Shown here: piece after piece, positions 41,388 to 52,590 of the stretch | How positions within the stretch are numbered: position 1 is the first letter of the stretch | How the letters are laid out: every line of letters starts with the position of its first letter | Assembly: GCA_040766025.1 (NCBI GenBank) | Contig: JAXGRH010000003.1 | Location: 95,074-159,073 of the forward strand | Direction of reading: 5' to 3' | DNA length: 64,000 bases | Origin: Clostridia bacterium | GTDB taxonomy: Bacteria; Bacillota; Clostridia; Saccharofermentanales; DTU023 | Program-made: the position numbers and the translations under genes | Notes under the pieces: generated by a model | The model's input: only the letters and a program-made list of their open reading frames with translations | What the model was told of the DNA's origin: nothing | Databases searched by the model: none

Positions 41388-43484
41388 TTATTCTACGACC
41401 GGCGGCACGAAGAAAAATCCATCGCGCCTATCGGGGGCGTTTTGAAGTGCCTCATCCACGGTGAGCTCCGGTTCATCGCGCTCTGTTAAGTGAATGTTTC
41501 GGGCGTCCGAAGGGCTGAACATCGGGGGGACACCTTCCGTGTCAATCGCGTGGAGCGCATTTGCAAAATCGATGAGTTCATAAAGCTGCGCTTTTGTTTG
41601 CTCTTCTTCTGCCTTTGTAAGTGACAACTTTGCCTGGCCTTCCAGCTTTTCCAAATCAAGCTTTACTACACGTTCCCGCTTTGCCTCATGCTCAGCATGT
41701 TCTTCATCGGCCGAGACGGCACTTTCCGTGAGGCAGATCCCAAGGGGCACAAGCTGATCGGCATCCACCGTGGAAGGAGCTTCTGTCATGGGGCAGGAAG
41801 CGTCCTTGATTTTCGGAAAGGCAATGACATCGCGAAGCGACTGTTCGCCCGCAAGGATCATGACGAGCCGGTCCAGGCCAAAGGCGAAGCCGCCGTGCGG
41901 CGGAGCGCCGTAACGGAAGGCGTTCAACATGAAACCGAAGCGATCCTCGATTTCCCTGTCCTTCAAGCCCAGGGCACGGAATACCTGTATCTGGATGTCA
42001 TCCCTATGGATCCTGATGCTGCCTGAGCCAAGCTCCGTACCATTGAGGACAAAGTCGTAGGCCTCTGAGCGGACACGCACGGGATCACTTTCCAAATAGG
42101 GGAGATCCTCTTTAAATGGCATCGTGAAAGGATGGTGTTGGGCGACGTAACGATTTTCTTCTTCTGAGTATTCGAACATCGGAAAGTCGGTGACAATCGC
42201 AAAGGCAAATTGTTTTGGATCGCGAAGGTTGAGCATCTCGCCGAGCTTTAAGCGCAGCGCGCCTGTGACACGGCGCGAGATGGGCAATGAATCCGCACAA
42301 AACAAGATGAAGTCGCCGGGTGCGGCACCCACGCGCTCCAAAATCTCGGCCATCGCGTCTTCATCGATGAATTTAGTCAAAATAGAATAGATCTCACCTG
42401 AAGGCCTCCAGGCGATCCAGGCCATGCCGGCCGCTCCTTCGGAGACGGAGAACTCCGTCAGCTCCTCGATGGTGGCGCGTGTGAAATCCGCTTGTCCGGG
42501 TACATTGATCGCCCGCACCACGCCGCCACTTTCGACCACTTTTCGAAACACCGAAAAACCCGTCTTCCCCGCGATGTCCGTGATGTCCACGACGGGGAGC
42601 CCAAAGCGCAGGTCCGGCTTATCACTGCCGTAAAGGTCCATGGCTTCGTCCCAGGTGAATCGGGGGAAATCTTCTTCAAACTCAATTCCCTTGACGTCTT
42701 TTAAGACGGCACGAAAAAGCGATTCTAGAAGCTGTAACACATCTTCTTTTTCAACAAAGGACATCTCAAGGTCGAGCTGCGTGAACTCCGGTTGGCGATC
42801 CGCTCGAAGATCCTCATCTCGAAAACAGCGCGCAATCTGGTAGTAGCGATCGAAACCCGAGACCATGAGCAGCTGTTTGAAAAGCTGCGGCGACTGGGGT
42901 AAAGCATAGAAAGATCCGGGGTGAACACGGCTCGGTACGAGGTAATCGCGTGCGCCTTCCGGCGTGCTTTTAGTCAAAATTGGGGTTTCGACATCGACAA
43001 AGTCCGCTTCATCCAAAAAGTGGCGGATCGCGCGGGTCACCTCATGACGAAAGCGGAGATTATCCCGCAGGCGCGGCCGGCGAAGGTCGAGAAAACGATA
43101 TTGCAGCCGCAAATCCTCGCGCACATTGTCCGCCATCGAGGGGTCGAAGGGAAGGGCCGCACATTCAGAGAGCAGTTCCGCATCTGTAACGCGCAATTCA
43201 ACCGTTCCCGTTTTGATTTTCGGGTTCACCGTCTCATCGTCGCGCCGATGCGTGACGCCCTTCACGCGTAGCACCGACTGGTTGCGGACGCGTTCCGCCA
43301 AACGGAAAGCTTCGGTATTCGTATACTCGGGATTAAATACCACCTGCAGGGGGCCTTCACGGTCCACGAGATCGATAAAGATCACGCCTCCCATGTCGCG
43401 TTTTGTCTCCACCCACCCCTCTGCAATTGTCTCTTGGCCAATATCTTGCTCCGAGAATAATCCGCAATAGTTTGTTCGTTTCAT
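41388..43484 (-). CDS. aspS: Aspartyl-tRNA synthetase with C-terminal GatC-like domain
   Basis: MKRTNYCG, STPEGARDYLVPSR, CFRDEDLRADRQPEFTQLD, GAPPHGGFAFGLDR, IAFPK; then in frame AKLSL...IDTEGVPP...ALQNAP...FFFVPPVVE. Confidence 0.93.
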   Translation of the reverse strand: MKRTNYCGLFSEQDIGQETIAEGWVETKRDMGGVIFIDLVDREGPLQVVFNPEYTNTEAFRLAERVRNQSVLRVKGVTHRRDDETVNPKIKTGTVELRVTDAELLSECAALPFDPSMADNVREDLRLQYRFLDLRRPRLRDNLRFRHEVTRAIRHFLDEADFVDVETPILTKSTPEGARDYLVPSRVHPGSFYALPQSPQLFKQLLMVSGFDRYYQIARCFRDEDLRADRQPEFTQLDLEMSFVEKEDVLQLLESLFRAVLKDVKGIEFEEDFPRFTWDEAMDLYGSDKPDLRFGLPVVDITDIAGKTGFSVFRKVVESGGVVRAINVPGQADFTRATIEELTEFSVSEGAAGMAWIAWRPSGEIYSILTKFIDEDAMAEILERVGAAPGDFILFCADSLPISRRVTGALRLKLGEMLNLRDPKQFAFAIVTDFPMFEYSEEENRYVAQHHPFTMPFKEDLPYLESDPVRVRSEAYDFVLNGTELGSGSIRIHRDDIQIQVFRALGLKDREIEDRFGFMLNAFRYGAPPHGGFAFGLDRLVMILAGEQSLRDVIAFPKIKDASCPMTEAPSTVDADQLVPLGICLTESAVSADEEHAEHEAKRERVVKLDLEKLEGQAKLSLTKAEEEQTKAQLYELIDFANALHAIDTEGVPPMFSPSDARNIHLTERDEPELTVDEALQNAPDRRDGFFFVPPVVE

Positions 43485-43670
43485 CGTCCTTGATCTCACT
43501 CCCAAAAATAATGCCGCAGTCGTCTGAATGAAAGGCACAAAAAGAGTGCCTTTGTCGGCAATTGACTGTATTTTATCACACGAAAGAGCCATCCCCCCTG
43601 ATAGGGTGATGTCCCTATTTAAGGCAATAAAAGCGCTGTCATTGTATAATTAAATCGTGTTGAGGACCAG

Positions 43671-44105
43671 ATGATGATAGAGGTAAGAAGACAAAGGGAA
43701 GAAACACTCTTATTGTGGCGGCGCTTTACGGCGCGCCTTTTTGATTTTCTCGGTTTTCTCATCCCATGCTACCTTCTCACGGATCGCTATTTAGTCGATG
43801 CCAATCAGCATAGTCTTTTCATCTTGCTGATCGAACAGTTCGTCGCGGCGGCCCTGATGCTGCTCATTGAACCCTTCATGATCCATTGTTTTAAAACAAC
43901 GCCGGGCAAAGCCCTCTTCCGCTTGAAGATTACCGATGAAACAGGCGGGCGCCTGTCATACAAAAGGGCATTCAAACGTAGTTTCTCGATATGGCAACAC
44001 GCCCTTGGCTTCGGCCTTCCCTTTTACCGCCTTGTGGTGCTCGCCCGGCTGTATACATTCCGGGACGAAAATAGTCCCAGGATATGGGAGGAATATGCCC
44101 TATGA
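43671..44105 (+). CDS. RDD-family membrane protein
   Basis: WRRFTARLFD, TTPGKALFRLKI...G.RLSYKRAFKR. Confidence 0.75.
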   Translation: MMIEVRRQREETLLLWRRFTARLFDFLGFLIPCYLLTDRYLVDANQHSLFILLIEQFVAAALMLLIEPFMIHCFKTTPGKALFRLKITDETGGRLSYKRAFKRSFSIWQHALGFGLPFYRLVVLARLYTFRDENSPRIWEEYAL

Positions 44106-44980
44106 AGAGTAATGTGCACGATGTCGCCCTAATTTTCGAAGGCGGCGGTATGCGCGCCTGTTACACAGCAGGCTTTGTCACCATGCTTTTAGAGCATGAG
44201 ATCTATTTTGACTATGTGGCCGGCATATCGGCGGGTTCCTCGCACGCGGTGAACTACCTGTCCCGGGATCCGGTGCGTGCCAGACGTTCATTCACGGACG
44301 TGGTACTTGATCCTGCCTTTGGCGATATTACGACCTGGATGCGGGGTGAAGGTTACTTCAACGTCGACTACATCTACTCCAAGATGCCGCTGGAGGACGG
44401 ACCGTTGCCCTTTGACTTTGACACCTTCATAAAAAACGAGTCCGAATGTGTGTTAGGGGCCTTTCGCCTCTATGAGGGAGGGATGGTGTACTGGCGTAAA
44501 GAAGATTACAAAACGATGGGGGATTTGACCCTGAGGGTGCGCGCTTCCTCGACGGTACCTTATCTTATGCCCGAAACAGAAATTGACGGGAAAATTTATT
44601 TCGATGGCGGCCTAGACACAGGCATTGCGCTCGATGCCGCCCTAGACGACGGCTATCGCCGCTTTGTCTTCGTGATGACCCGCGAGCGCGGTTTTCGCCT
44701 CGACCCCGTCCCGCAGATCCGCCTCATGAGCCGCGTGCTCGACCGGCATCCGGTTGAAAAGGAGGCGCTCTTGACGCGGCATCTTCGCTACAATGAAACA
44801 ATGGAGACCATCGAAAAGCTTGAAAGCGAGGGGCGGGCCTATGTCTTTTACCCCGATAAACTCGATCTCACCATGATGGACCGCGACCGTGAGAAACTGC
44901 TCGACCAGTACATTGCGGGGCACGAGCAGGCGGTAGAGGAATTGCCGGATCTCCGGCGCTTTTTGGAGGGTTCACTTTGA
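44102..44980 (+). CDS. Patatin-like phospholipase
   Basis: EGGGMR, GISAG (catalytic Ser), ASSTVP, DGG (catalytic Asp). Confidence 0.88.
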   Translation: MKSNVHDVALIFEGGGMRACYTAGFVTMLLEHEIYFDYVAGISAGSSHAVNYLSRDPVRARRSFTDVVLDPAFGDITTWMRGEGYFNVDYIYSKMPLEDGPLPFDFDTFIKNESECVLGAFRLYEGGMVYWRKEDYKTMGDLTLRVRASSTVPYLMPETEIDGKIYFDGGLDTGIALDAALDDGYRRFVFVMTRERGFRLDPVPQIRLMSRVLDRHPVEKEALLTRHLRYNETMETIEKLESEGRAYVFYPDKLDLTMMDRDREKLLDQYIAGHEQAVEELPDLRRFLEGSL

Positions 44981-46131
44981 GATTTATCCACATCGCCGAC
45001 TTGCATTTGGGAAAGCGCGTCCATGAATTTTCCATGATCGAGGACCAGCGCGTCATGCTTGACGCTGTCCTCTCCCTATGTGAAGAGGAGCGCCCGGATG
45101 CGCTTGTCATCGCGGGCGATGTGTATGACAAGACGATCCCCTCGATAGAAGCCATTACACTTTTAGAAAATTTTCTCGTCCGTGTGTCCAAGCTTGACAT
45201 CGCGGTTCTACTCATCGCGGGCAACCATGATTCCGGCGAGCGCCTAAGCTTTGGGGGCTCTTTCTTCAAAGCCCATGGACTCCATGTGGCCGGCAACTTC
45301 AAAGGAACCGAGTACAAGGTCATCTTGGAGGACGAAGAGGGTCTCGTACACTTTCATCTGTTACCCTTCATCCGCCCGTCGGATGTGCGGGGTTATTTCC
45401 CCGACATTGAGTCGGTGTCGGACGCGGTCGCCTCAGCCCTGTCAACGATCGATAAATCTTCAGGCCGCCATGTGCTCATCGCGCACCAATTTGTCACAGC
45501 TTTCGGCCAGGATCCGCTTCGCTCGGACTCAGAAGTGCTGCAGGTCGGGACCGTCGACGCGATCGACGCCTCCATTTTCGACGGCTTTGATTATGTCGCC
45601 CTAGGTCATCTTCACGGGCGCCAAAAGGTCGGAACAGGTCCCATTCATTACGCCGGTTCGCCACTTTATTATTCGTTTTCGGAAGTGAATCAGATAAAAG
45701 GCGCCCTTCTAGTCGAGTTGACAAAGGATGCGCCCCTAATCCGCCAGCTACCCCTTCAGGGCCGCCATGGGATGCGGCGAATCAAGGGGACGATGGAAGC
45801 ACTCATCGAAGAGGGGCGCTCTCTAGAACAAAGGGACTGTCCTTCCAGGCTCGACTACCTGGAAGTGACCCTGACCGACGAAGGCCCCGTCGCGGACCCG
45901 ATGAACCGCTTAAAAGCGGTGTACCCCAACACCATGCATCTTTTATTTCAACGCGGCACATTAGCGGACGATGACCGTGACACCCTCCTGGACGAAGAAG
46001 ATTTGGCCAACATGCAAGCGGATGAGTTGTTCGTAAAGTTTTATAAGCTTCAGACTAAGCAGGAATTGACGGATTACCAGCGCGAGATCGTGAAAAAAGT
46101 GACCGCCATGTCACAGGAGGCCGTAAAATGA
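44977..46131 (+). CDS. sbcD: Exonuclease SbcD
   Basis: ADLHLGK, AGDVYD, AGNHDS, AHQF, YVALGHLH, YAGSPLYYSFSE. Confidence 0.93.
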   Translation: MRFIHIADLHLGKRVHEFSMIEDQRVMLDAVLSLCEEERPDALVIAGDVYDKTIPSIEAITLLENFLVRVSKLDIAVLLIAGNHDSGERLSFGGSFFKAHGLHVAGNFKGTEYKVILEDEEGLVHFHLLPFIRPSDVRGYFPDIESVSDAVASALSTIDKSSGRHVLIAHQFVTAFGQDPLRSDSEVLQVGTVDAIDASIFDGFDYVALGHLHGRQKVGTGPIHYAGSPLYYSFSEVNQIKGALLVELTKDAPLIRQLPLQGRHGMRRIKGTMEALIEEGRSLEQRDCPSRLDYLEVTLTDEGPVADPMNRLKAVYPNTMHLLFQRGTLADDDRDTLLDEEDLANMQADELFVKFYKLQTKQELTDYQREIVKKVTAMSQEAVK

Positions 46132-49100
46132 GGCCGAAAACGATCACGATGCAGGCCTTTGGCCCCTACGCCAAAAAGACGGTCATTGACTTCAGCCATC
46201 TTCGCGAGGGACTTTTCCTTGTGACAGGTGAAACGGGATCAGGCAAGACCATGATTTTTGACGCGATCATGTACGCGCTCTACGGTGAGTCAAGCAATGC
46301 TTCCCGGGGCGCCTCTTCACTTCGATCTGATTTTGCCGCCCCTCAAACAGAAACCTTTGTCGACTATGTCTTTGACTTAAGAGGAGAAGAATACAGGATC
46401 TTTCGTTCACCTGCTTACATGCGACCGAAACAAAGGGGCAGCGGCATGACCGAGCAAGCGGCCTTTGTCGAACTCTATTTGCCTGACGGAACGACCCTGA
46501 ACAAAACAACCGACGTGTACGAACGCGTGGTAGAACTCATCGGCCTTGACAAAGATCAGTTCCGGCAGGTGGTCATGATCGCGCAGGGCGCTTTCTTTGA
46601 CTTGATCGAGGCCAAAAGCAAGGATCGCGCGGATATTTACCGCATGTTGTTTGAGACATCGCTTTACGACACGATGGAAAACAACTTTGCCGCCCTCCAT
46701 TCTGACGTGAAATCGGAGTTAAAAGCCTTTACGGATCGCCTGTTCTTGGAACTTCAACACATAGCCTTCCCTGAATCGGAAGCGCTGTTGAAAAATGAGC
46801 GTGACCTCGTGGTCCAAGAAGCGAATCTATGGAAGGCGGAACCCTTCATTCAATCCCTCCAAGGCTTTGAAAAACGGCTCGGACAAAGATGGCAGGAGAC
46901 GGCTAAAAAACTTGACGAAGAACGCGAACAACTCAAGGTAAAAAGACAGTTCCTTGAAAAAGCGACAGAAGATAACCGAGTCTTAAAAGCGCTCGAAGAC
47001 GCAGAAAAAGAGCAAGCAAACTTAGAAATGACGCGACCCGCCTATGAGGCGCTACAAAGGCGCCTTCAAGCGGATGAGCGCGCGACAAGGCTCGTGAAGC
47101 TCCCTGAACATGAGTATGCCCAGACGGTCAAGCAGTTAGAAGAGGTAAGGTCCGGCAACAAGGTGTTGGAAGGGCAGGTGCGCGAGGCCGAACGCCAAAA
47201 AGAACAGGCGCTGTTGGAGCTTTCGGCAGCAGAAAATAACAAAGAACAAATAGAAAAACTCCCCGGTAAGATTACGGCGCTTGAAAAAGGCATTTCGGAC
47301 CTTGTTCGCCTGACATCGCTTGAACAGACGATCGGTACCATCCAAAAGAATTGCAGAACTCGAAGAACAAAAAATTCAACTTGACACAAAGCGTCAGGAA
47401 CAAAATGCATGGATAGAAAAAGCAGAAGAAGAACGCTCATCGCTCGAAGACGCACAGGTCGTGTTTCACCGCCACGATAAGCGCCTTTCGGAGATTGAAA
47501 CACAACTTTCAAAATTATCCGAGATCGACCTTTCGATTGAAGAGGTCCATAAAACAAAAAAAGCGCTGGAACAAGATAAAGAGGACATTAAGGTCATGCT
47601 CCAAACATGGCAGGGTCTTTCAAAGAAGCCCATGAAGCAACCGAACAGCTGTTCATGGAGCGCGCCGGTTTTCTTGCCGAAATACTTGAAGAGGGCATGC
47701 CCTGTCCTGTCTGCGGATCAACGGAACATCCAAAAGGCCGAACTGTCAGAGGGTGCGCTGTCAAAAAGGGAAGTCGATGCCCTAGAAAAAAGGCAAACGA
47801 AAGCCAACAACAGCTGGATGAAAAGAGCACCTCCATTCGTGTGTCAGAGGAGGGGATTAATAGGACGGTGGAGCAGCTCTTTATTCGAACTCGTGAGCTG
47901 ATCTCATTTGACTTGAGTGACCGGGACGAACAGGATCGCCTTGCAACACTCCGACATCATGTGGAACAGGGTAAAGCGGCATTTTTGCTGACACAGCGTA
48001 AAGAAACCGCCTTGGTTAATGACGCTAGAACACGCCTTAATCGCCGTGTTGAATTGACAGGGAAAATCAAGGAGGCGGCCGAGGCGCTTGTGGTGCTTGA
48101 AAAACAATCGGGTGAACTTCAAATTGAACTTTCAAATCATCGATTGGAAGAGGCACGCCTTAAAGGGGAGGCCGATTTACTCCGAGCGGGTGTCCCCGGT
48201 GAAGACGAAGCTACGCTTCGGACGGATCTTAAAGCTTTCCAAGATTTACTAAAAACGTTGAAAGAAAGATTGGACGACGCACAAAAACAAGCCAGCGACA
48301 AAAAGGAAAAGTTTACGACCTTGCGATCGACCCTTGAGACTTTATTGGATCGGGAGCAGCGTTTAACGAAGGAGGCTTCTTTCAAAAAAAGACGTTTTGA
48401 AGAAGCTTTAAAAGAAGCGTTGTTTGAAACAGAAGAGAGGTACCGTCAAAGTGTTTTGACGGAGGGGGAACGCGCTTTCTTGACCCAACAAGAACAAGAT
48501 GAGCGCCAAAAGCGACTGCAAAACAAACGTGACTTGGCATCCCTTGAAAACCAGGCGAAGGAGCTGACATGGGTTGACATCGAGGCAGAGCGCGAGGCGA
48601 TTGACGCGATGGATTCGATGTTCCTTTTGCGGGACCGAGAAGTGACGGCTATGGAAGCGGCTTTTGGAAAAGCAAAAAATGACCGTGAGACGATCGTGGG
48701 AATCTTTAATGAAGCGGTCGCGGTATCAGAACGCGAAAGTCAGTTAAGGGCACTGTCCGAAGTCGCAAGAGGCGAAAGGAAAGGCGCGGAGAAGATCAGC
48801 TTTGAAAGCTATATCCAGACATGCTATTTTGCCAGGGTCATCGGTCACGCAAACTTAAGATTGTCTCAGATGTCAGGGGGGCGTTATGTGCTCCATAGGA
48901 CCGAAGAGGCATCGGACGGGCGCATGAAGACAGGGCTTGATTTATCGGTGGAGGATATGTGGAACGCGAAGACACGCTCGGTCTCTTCGCTATCAGGCGG
49001 GGAGAAGTTCCAAACCATCCTGTCGCTGGCCTTGGGGCTGTCGGATGTTGTGACGGCGCATGCCGGAGGCGTTGAGATCAATTCACTGTTTATCGATGAA

Positions 49101-49277
49101 GGCTTCGGCAGTCTGGATGAGAATTCATTACAAGAAGCGATGAAGGTTTTGCAAAGCTTAGCGCTGGATGATCGGTTGATCGGCGTGATCTCGCACCTCG
49201 ATCTTTTGCGGCAGGCCATTGATCAAAAATTGGTGACAAAAAAGACAGAAGGCGGCAGCACCGTTTCTTGGTTTTAA
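46128..49277 (+). CDS. sbcC: SMC-like ATPase SbcC; frameshifts near 47345, ~47610 and ~47730-47810
   Basis: AFGPY, GETGSGKT, MIAQG, CPVCGSTEHP zinc hook, LSGGE, FIDEGFGSLD, GVISH across three ORFs. Confidence 0.9.
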
Positions 49278-49371
49278 ACTCCCCAATAAGCGCAATATTT
49301 CCAGTCTTTCGTGGTATAGTTGTGAGGTAATTACCGGCTCTTTTGCTGTTAAATTCCATTTAGGAGGATCT

Positions 49372-50446
49372 ATGTACAAGAAACTTTTTATCCCGGGCCC
49401 GACCGATGTCGCAGTGGATGTCCTGGACAAGATGGCGACGCCCATGATCGGCCATCGTACGAAGGAAGCGACTGTGCTTCAACAAAGTATCTCCGAAAAA
49501 CTTCAAAAACTGATGTATACCGAAGATACGATTCTTCTTTCCACCTCATCTGGGACCGGTCTGATGGAAGGCGCGATCCGCAGCTGTACACGAAAGAAAG
49601 CGGCCGTATTCTCTGTCGGCGCCTTTGGTGACCGCTGGTATGAATTGGCCAAATATAATAACGTTCCCGCCGACATTTTTAAGTCAGAACCCGGTGAACC
49701 CACCACGCCCGAAATGGTCGAGGAAGTGTTGAAGACGGGCGAATACGATGTCGTCACGGTGACCCACAATGAGACAAGCTCGGGGATTATGAACCCTTGT
49801 CGTGAGATCGGTGAAGTCATCGCCCGTTATCCGGACGTCCTTTACCTTGTGGATGCGGTTTCCTCTTTAGGCGGCGCTAAAATTGAGGTCGATGCTTGGG
49901 GCATTGACGTCTGCATCTCGTCCACACAAAAATGTCTCGGCACTCCCGCCCGGCTCGAGCCTTTGCTCGGTGTCAGAGCGCGCGATTGAAGCGGCGAAAA
50001 AAGTGGAATACCGTGGATACTATTTGGATCTGATTCGCCTCTATGATCAGGTGAAGAAAAACTACCAGTATCCTTCCACCCCTTCACTCTCCCATATGTA
50101 CGCTTTAGACTACCAGCTCGATCGCATCCTGGAAGAAGGAATTGATAACCGCTTTAACCGCCATGAGGCACTCGCGGACATCGTGCGCGAATGGGCCGAG
50201 AAGCATTTCTCCCTTTTTGCCAAAGACGGCTATCGTTCGAACACCGTGACCTGCATTAACAATACAAAGGAATTTGCGTTCTCCGAATTAAGCAACGCCT
50301 TGTTGGAGAAGGGATTCAGAATCGGGAACGGCTACGGACCTTTTAAAGATATTACCTTCCGCATCGCGACCATGGGTGAATTGGAAGAAGCGACGCTTCT
50401 TGAACTTCTGGCGGCGATCGACGAAGTACTCGGATTGGAGGCGTAA
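49372..50446 (+). CDS. Class V PLP aminotransferase (serine-pyruvate / alanine-glyoxylate type); frameshift near 49945
   Basis: LFIPGPT, SSGTGLME, HNETSSG, VDAVSS, STQKC (PLP Lys); second ORF YPSTP...GYG...FRIATMG. Confidence 0.85.
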
Positions 50447-50448
50447 AA

Positions 50449-51345
50449 ATGGCACTGATTCTGGCCAATGATGGCATCGATAAAAAAGCGGAAGCGGACC
50501 TCATCGCGCTCGGCCATGAGGTAGATACGAAAAAATATGAAGGCGATGATCTTTTAAAACGCTTAGCGGAAGTTGACTGCATCATTGTCCGAAGCGCAAC
50601 CAAAATGCGCGACCCTGAGATCGACGCGGGGGCCAAAGGACAATTGAAACTCATCATCCGCGGAGGCGTGGGCGTTGACAATATCAATGTAGAATACGCG
50701 GAATCAAAGGGCATTGCCGTGAGAAACACCCCGGCCGCCTCAAGCTCCGCGGTCGCCGAACTGGTCTTAGGACATATGCTGACCATGGCCCGCCACATCG
50801 GTGAGGCCAACGTCACGATGCGTCAGGGCAAATGGCTGAAAAAAGAATATTCGGGCACAGAGATTGCCGGCAAGACATTGGGACTTATCGGCTTTGGCCG
50901 GATCGCGAATTCGCTCGCAGTGAAATGCCTGGCGCTCGGCATGGAAGTCATCTTCACCGATATTCTTGACATTGAATGTGATATCTGCCCACAGGTTGAC
51001 TTTAAGGAAGTCTTAAGCGTCGCCGACTACGTGTCCATTCACATTCCCTTTGGGGGCGGTGAACCGCTTATTGGGAAAAAGGAAATTGACATGATGAAAG
51101 ACGGCGTCTTTATTATCAACTGCGCCCGCGGCGGCATCGTCGACGAGGACGCGCTGGTGGACGCGATTGAATCAGGCAAGGTGAAAGGCGCGGCGCTTGA
51201 CGTGTTCGCGGTCGAACCGCTTCAAAATGAACGTCTGCTCCAATGCGAGAAAATCTCCCTGACGCCCCATATCGGAGCCGCGACCGCAGAAGCGCAGGCA
51301 AGGATCGGCGACAACATCGTTGACATCATCAAGGAGGTATTGTAA
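50449..51345 (+). CDS. D-2-hydroxyacid dehydrogenase, SerA-like, without ACT domain
   Basis: VRSATK, RGGVGVDNI, GFGRIA, INCARGG, TPHIGAATAEAQ. Confidence 0.85.
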   Translation: MALILANDGIDKKAEADLIALGHEVDTKKYEGDDLLKRLAEVDCIIVRSATKMRDPEIDAGAKGQLKLIIRGGVGVDNINVEYAESKGIAVRNTPAASSSAVAELVLGHMLTMARHIGEANVTMRQGKWLKKEYSGTEIAGKTLGLIGFGRIANSLAVKCLALGMEVIFTDILDIECDICPQVDFKEVLSVADYVSIHIPFGGGEPLIGKKEIDMMKDGVFIINCARGGIVDEDALVDAIESGKVKGAALDVFAVEPLQNERLLQCEKISLTPHIGAATAEAQARIGDNIVDIIKEVL

Positions 51346-52590
51346 ATGGCGGTAGTGAGGCCTTTTAAAGCGGTACGCCCCGTACCGGAGCTGGTCGCCA
51401 AGGTCGCAAGCCTTCCCTATGATGTGATGAACCGCAAAGAAGCGGGCGAAATGGCCAAGGGTAATCCTTATAGTTTCCTTCGCGTCGTGCGCGCGGAAAT
51501 TGACCTGCCGGACAGTGTCGATGACTACGCGGACGAAGTCTACGAAAAAGGGCGCGAGCGCCTGTACAGCATGATGGATGAAGGCGTGCTGAAACAAGAT
51601 GAGAAGCCGGAGTTTTACATCTACCGTCAGATCATGAAAGGCCGCGTGCAAACAGGCCTTGTGGCCACCGTTTCCGTGGATGAGTATCTTGACAACACAA
51701 TCAAGAAGCATGAGTTCACGCGTAAGGAAAAGGAAGTCGACAGGACCCGCCATTTCGATGTCTGTGACGCACACACGGAGCCCGTATTTTTAACCTATCG
51801 AAAGCAGAACGCGGTCAACCTGCTCATCAATGACTTTATCAAGTTCAATGATCCCGTGTATGACTTCAAAACGGACGATGGCATCACGCATATTTTCTGG
51901 GTCTTGGACGATGAAGAGGTGATCGAGAAACTGGTCGCTCAATTTGAAACGATCCCTTACTTGTATATCGCGGACGGCCACCACCGTTCGGCGACCTCGG
52001 CAAACGTCGGCTTAAAGCGGCGCGAAGAATATCCGGATGCGCCAAAAGACGCGGAGTTCAATTATTTTCTTGCGGTGATTTTCCCCGATGAGGATTTGTT
52101 CATCATGGATTACAACCGCGTCGCAAAAGATTTGAACGGCATGACAGCGGAGGAATTCTTGGAAAAACTGGGCGCGATCTATGAGATCGAGCCGGTTGAA
52201 GAAGCCTTCCACCCTCATAAAAAAGCGCAGATGTGCATGTACTTGGATGGACAATGGTACCGTCTGACAGCGCCGGAGGCTCTGTTTGAAGGGCTTGATC
52301 CGGTGAGTAGACTGGATGTGTCGATTCTGCAGAACAATGTGTTGACACCGCTTTTGGCAATTGACGACCCCCGCACTTCCGATCGCATTGACTTTGTCGG
52401 CGGCATCCGCGGCTTGGATGAATTAAAACGCCGCGTGGACGACGGTTGGGGTGTCGCCTTTGCGATGTGCCCCACGACGATGGACGATTTATTGGCCATT
52501 GCGGACGCGGACATGATCATGCCCCCGAAGTCAACTTGGTTTGAACCGAAGCTTCGCTCAGGTTTATTTGTTCATCTGATATCCGACTGA
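51346..52590 (+). CDS. DUF1015-family protein
   Basis: PYDV, IKKHEFTR, YIADGHHR, IMPPKSTWFEPKLRSGL. Confidence 0.88.
   Translation: MAVVRPFKAVRPVPELVAKVASLPYDVMNRKEAGEMAKGNPYSFLRVVRAEIDLPDSVDDYADEVYEKGRERLYSMMDEGVLKQDEKPEFYIYRQIMKGRVQTGLVATVSVDEYLDNTIKKHEFTRKEKEVDRTRHFDVCDAHTEPVFLTYRKQNAVNLLINDFIKFNDPVYDFKTDDGITHIFWVLDDEEVIEKLVAQFETIPYLYIADGHHRSATSANVGLKRREEYPDAPKDAEFNYFLAVIFPDEDLFIMDYNRVAKDLNGMTAEEFLEKLGAIYEIEPVEEAFHPHKKAQMCMYLDGQWYRLTAPEALFEGLDPVSRLDVSILQNNVLTPLLAIDDPRTSDRIDFVGGIRGLDELKRRVDDGWGVAFAMCPTTMDDLLAIADADMIMPPKSTWFEPKLRSGLFVHLISD

Noticed and set aside
43525-43560. Hairpin AAAGGCAC/GTGCCTTT upstream of aspS (possible T-box)
   Set aside because: No T-box consensus or stem I, and the leader is too short.
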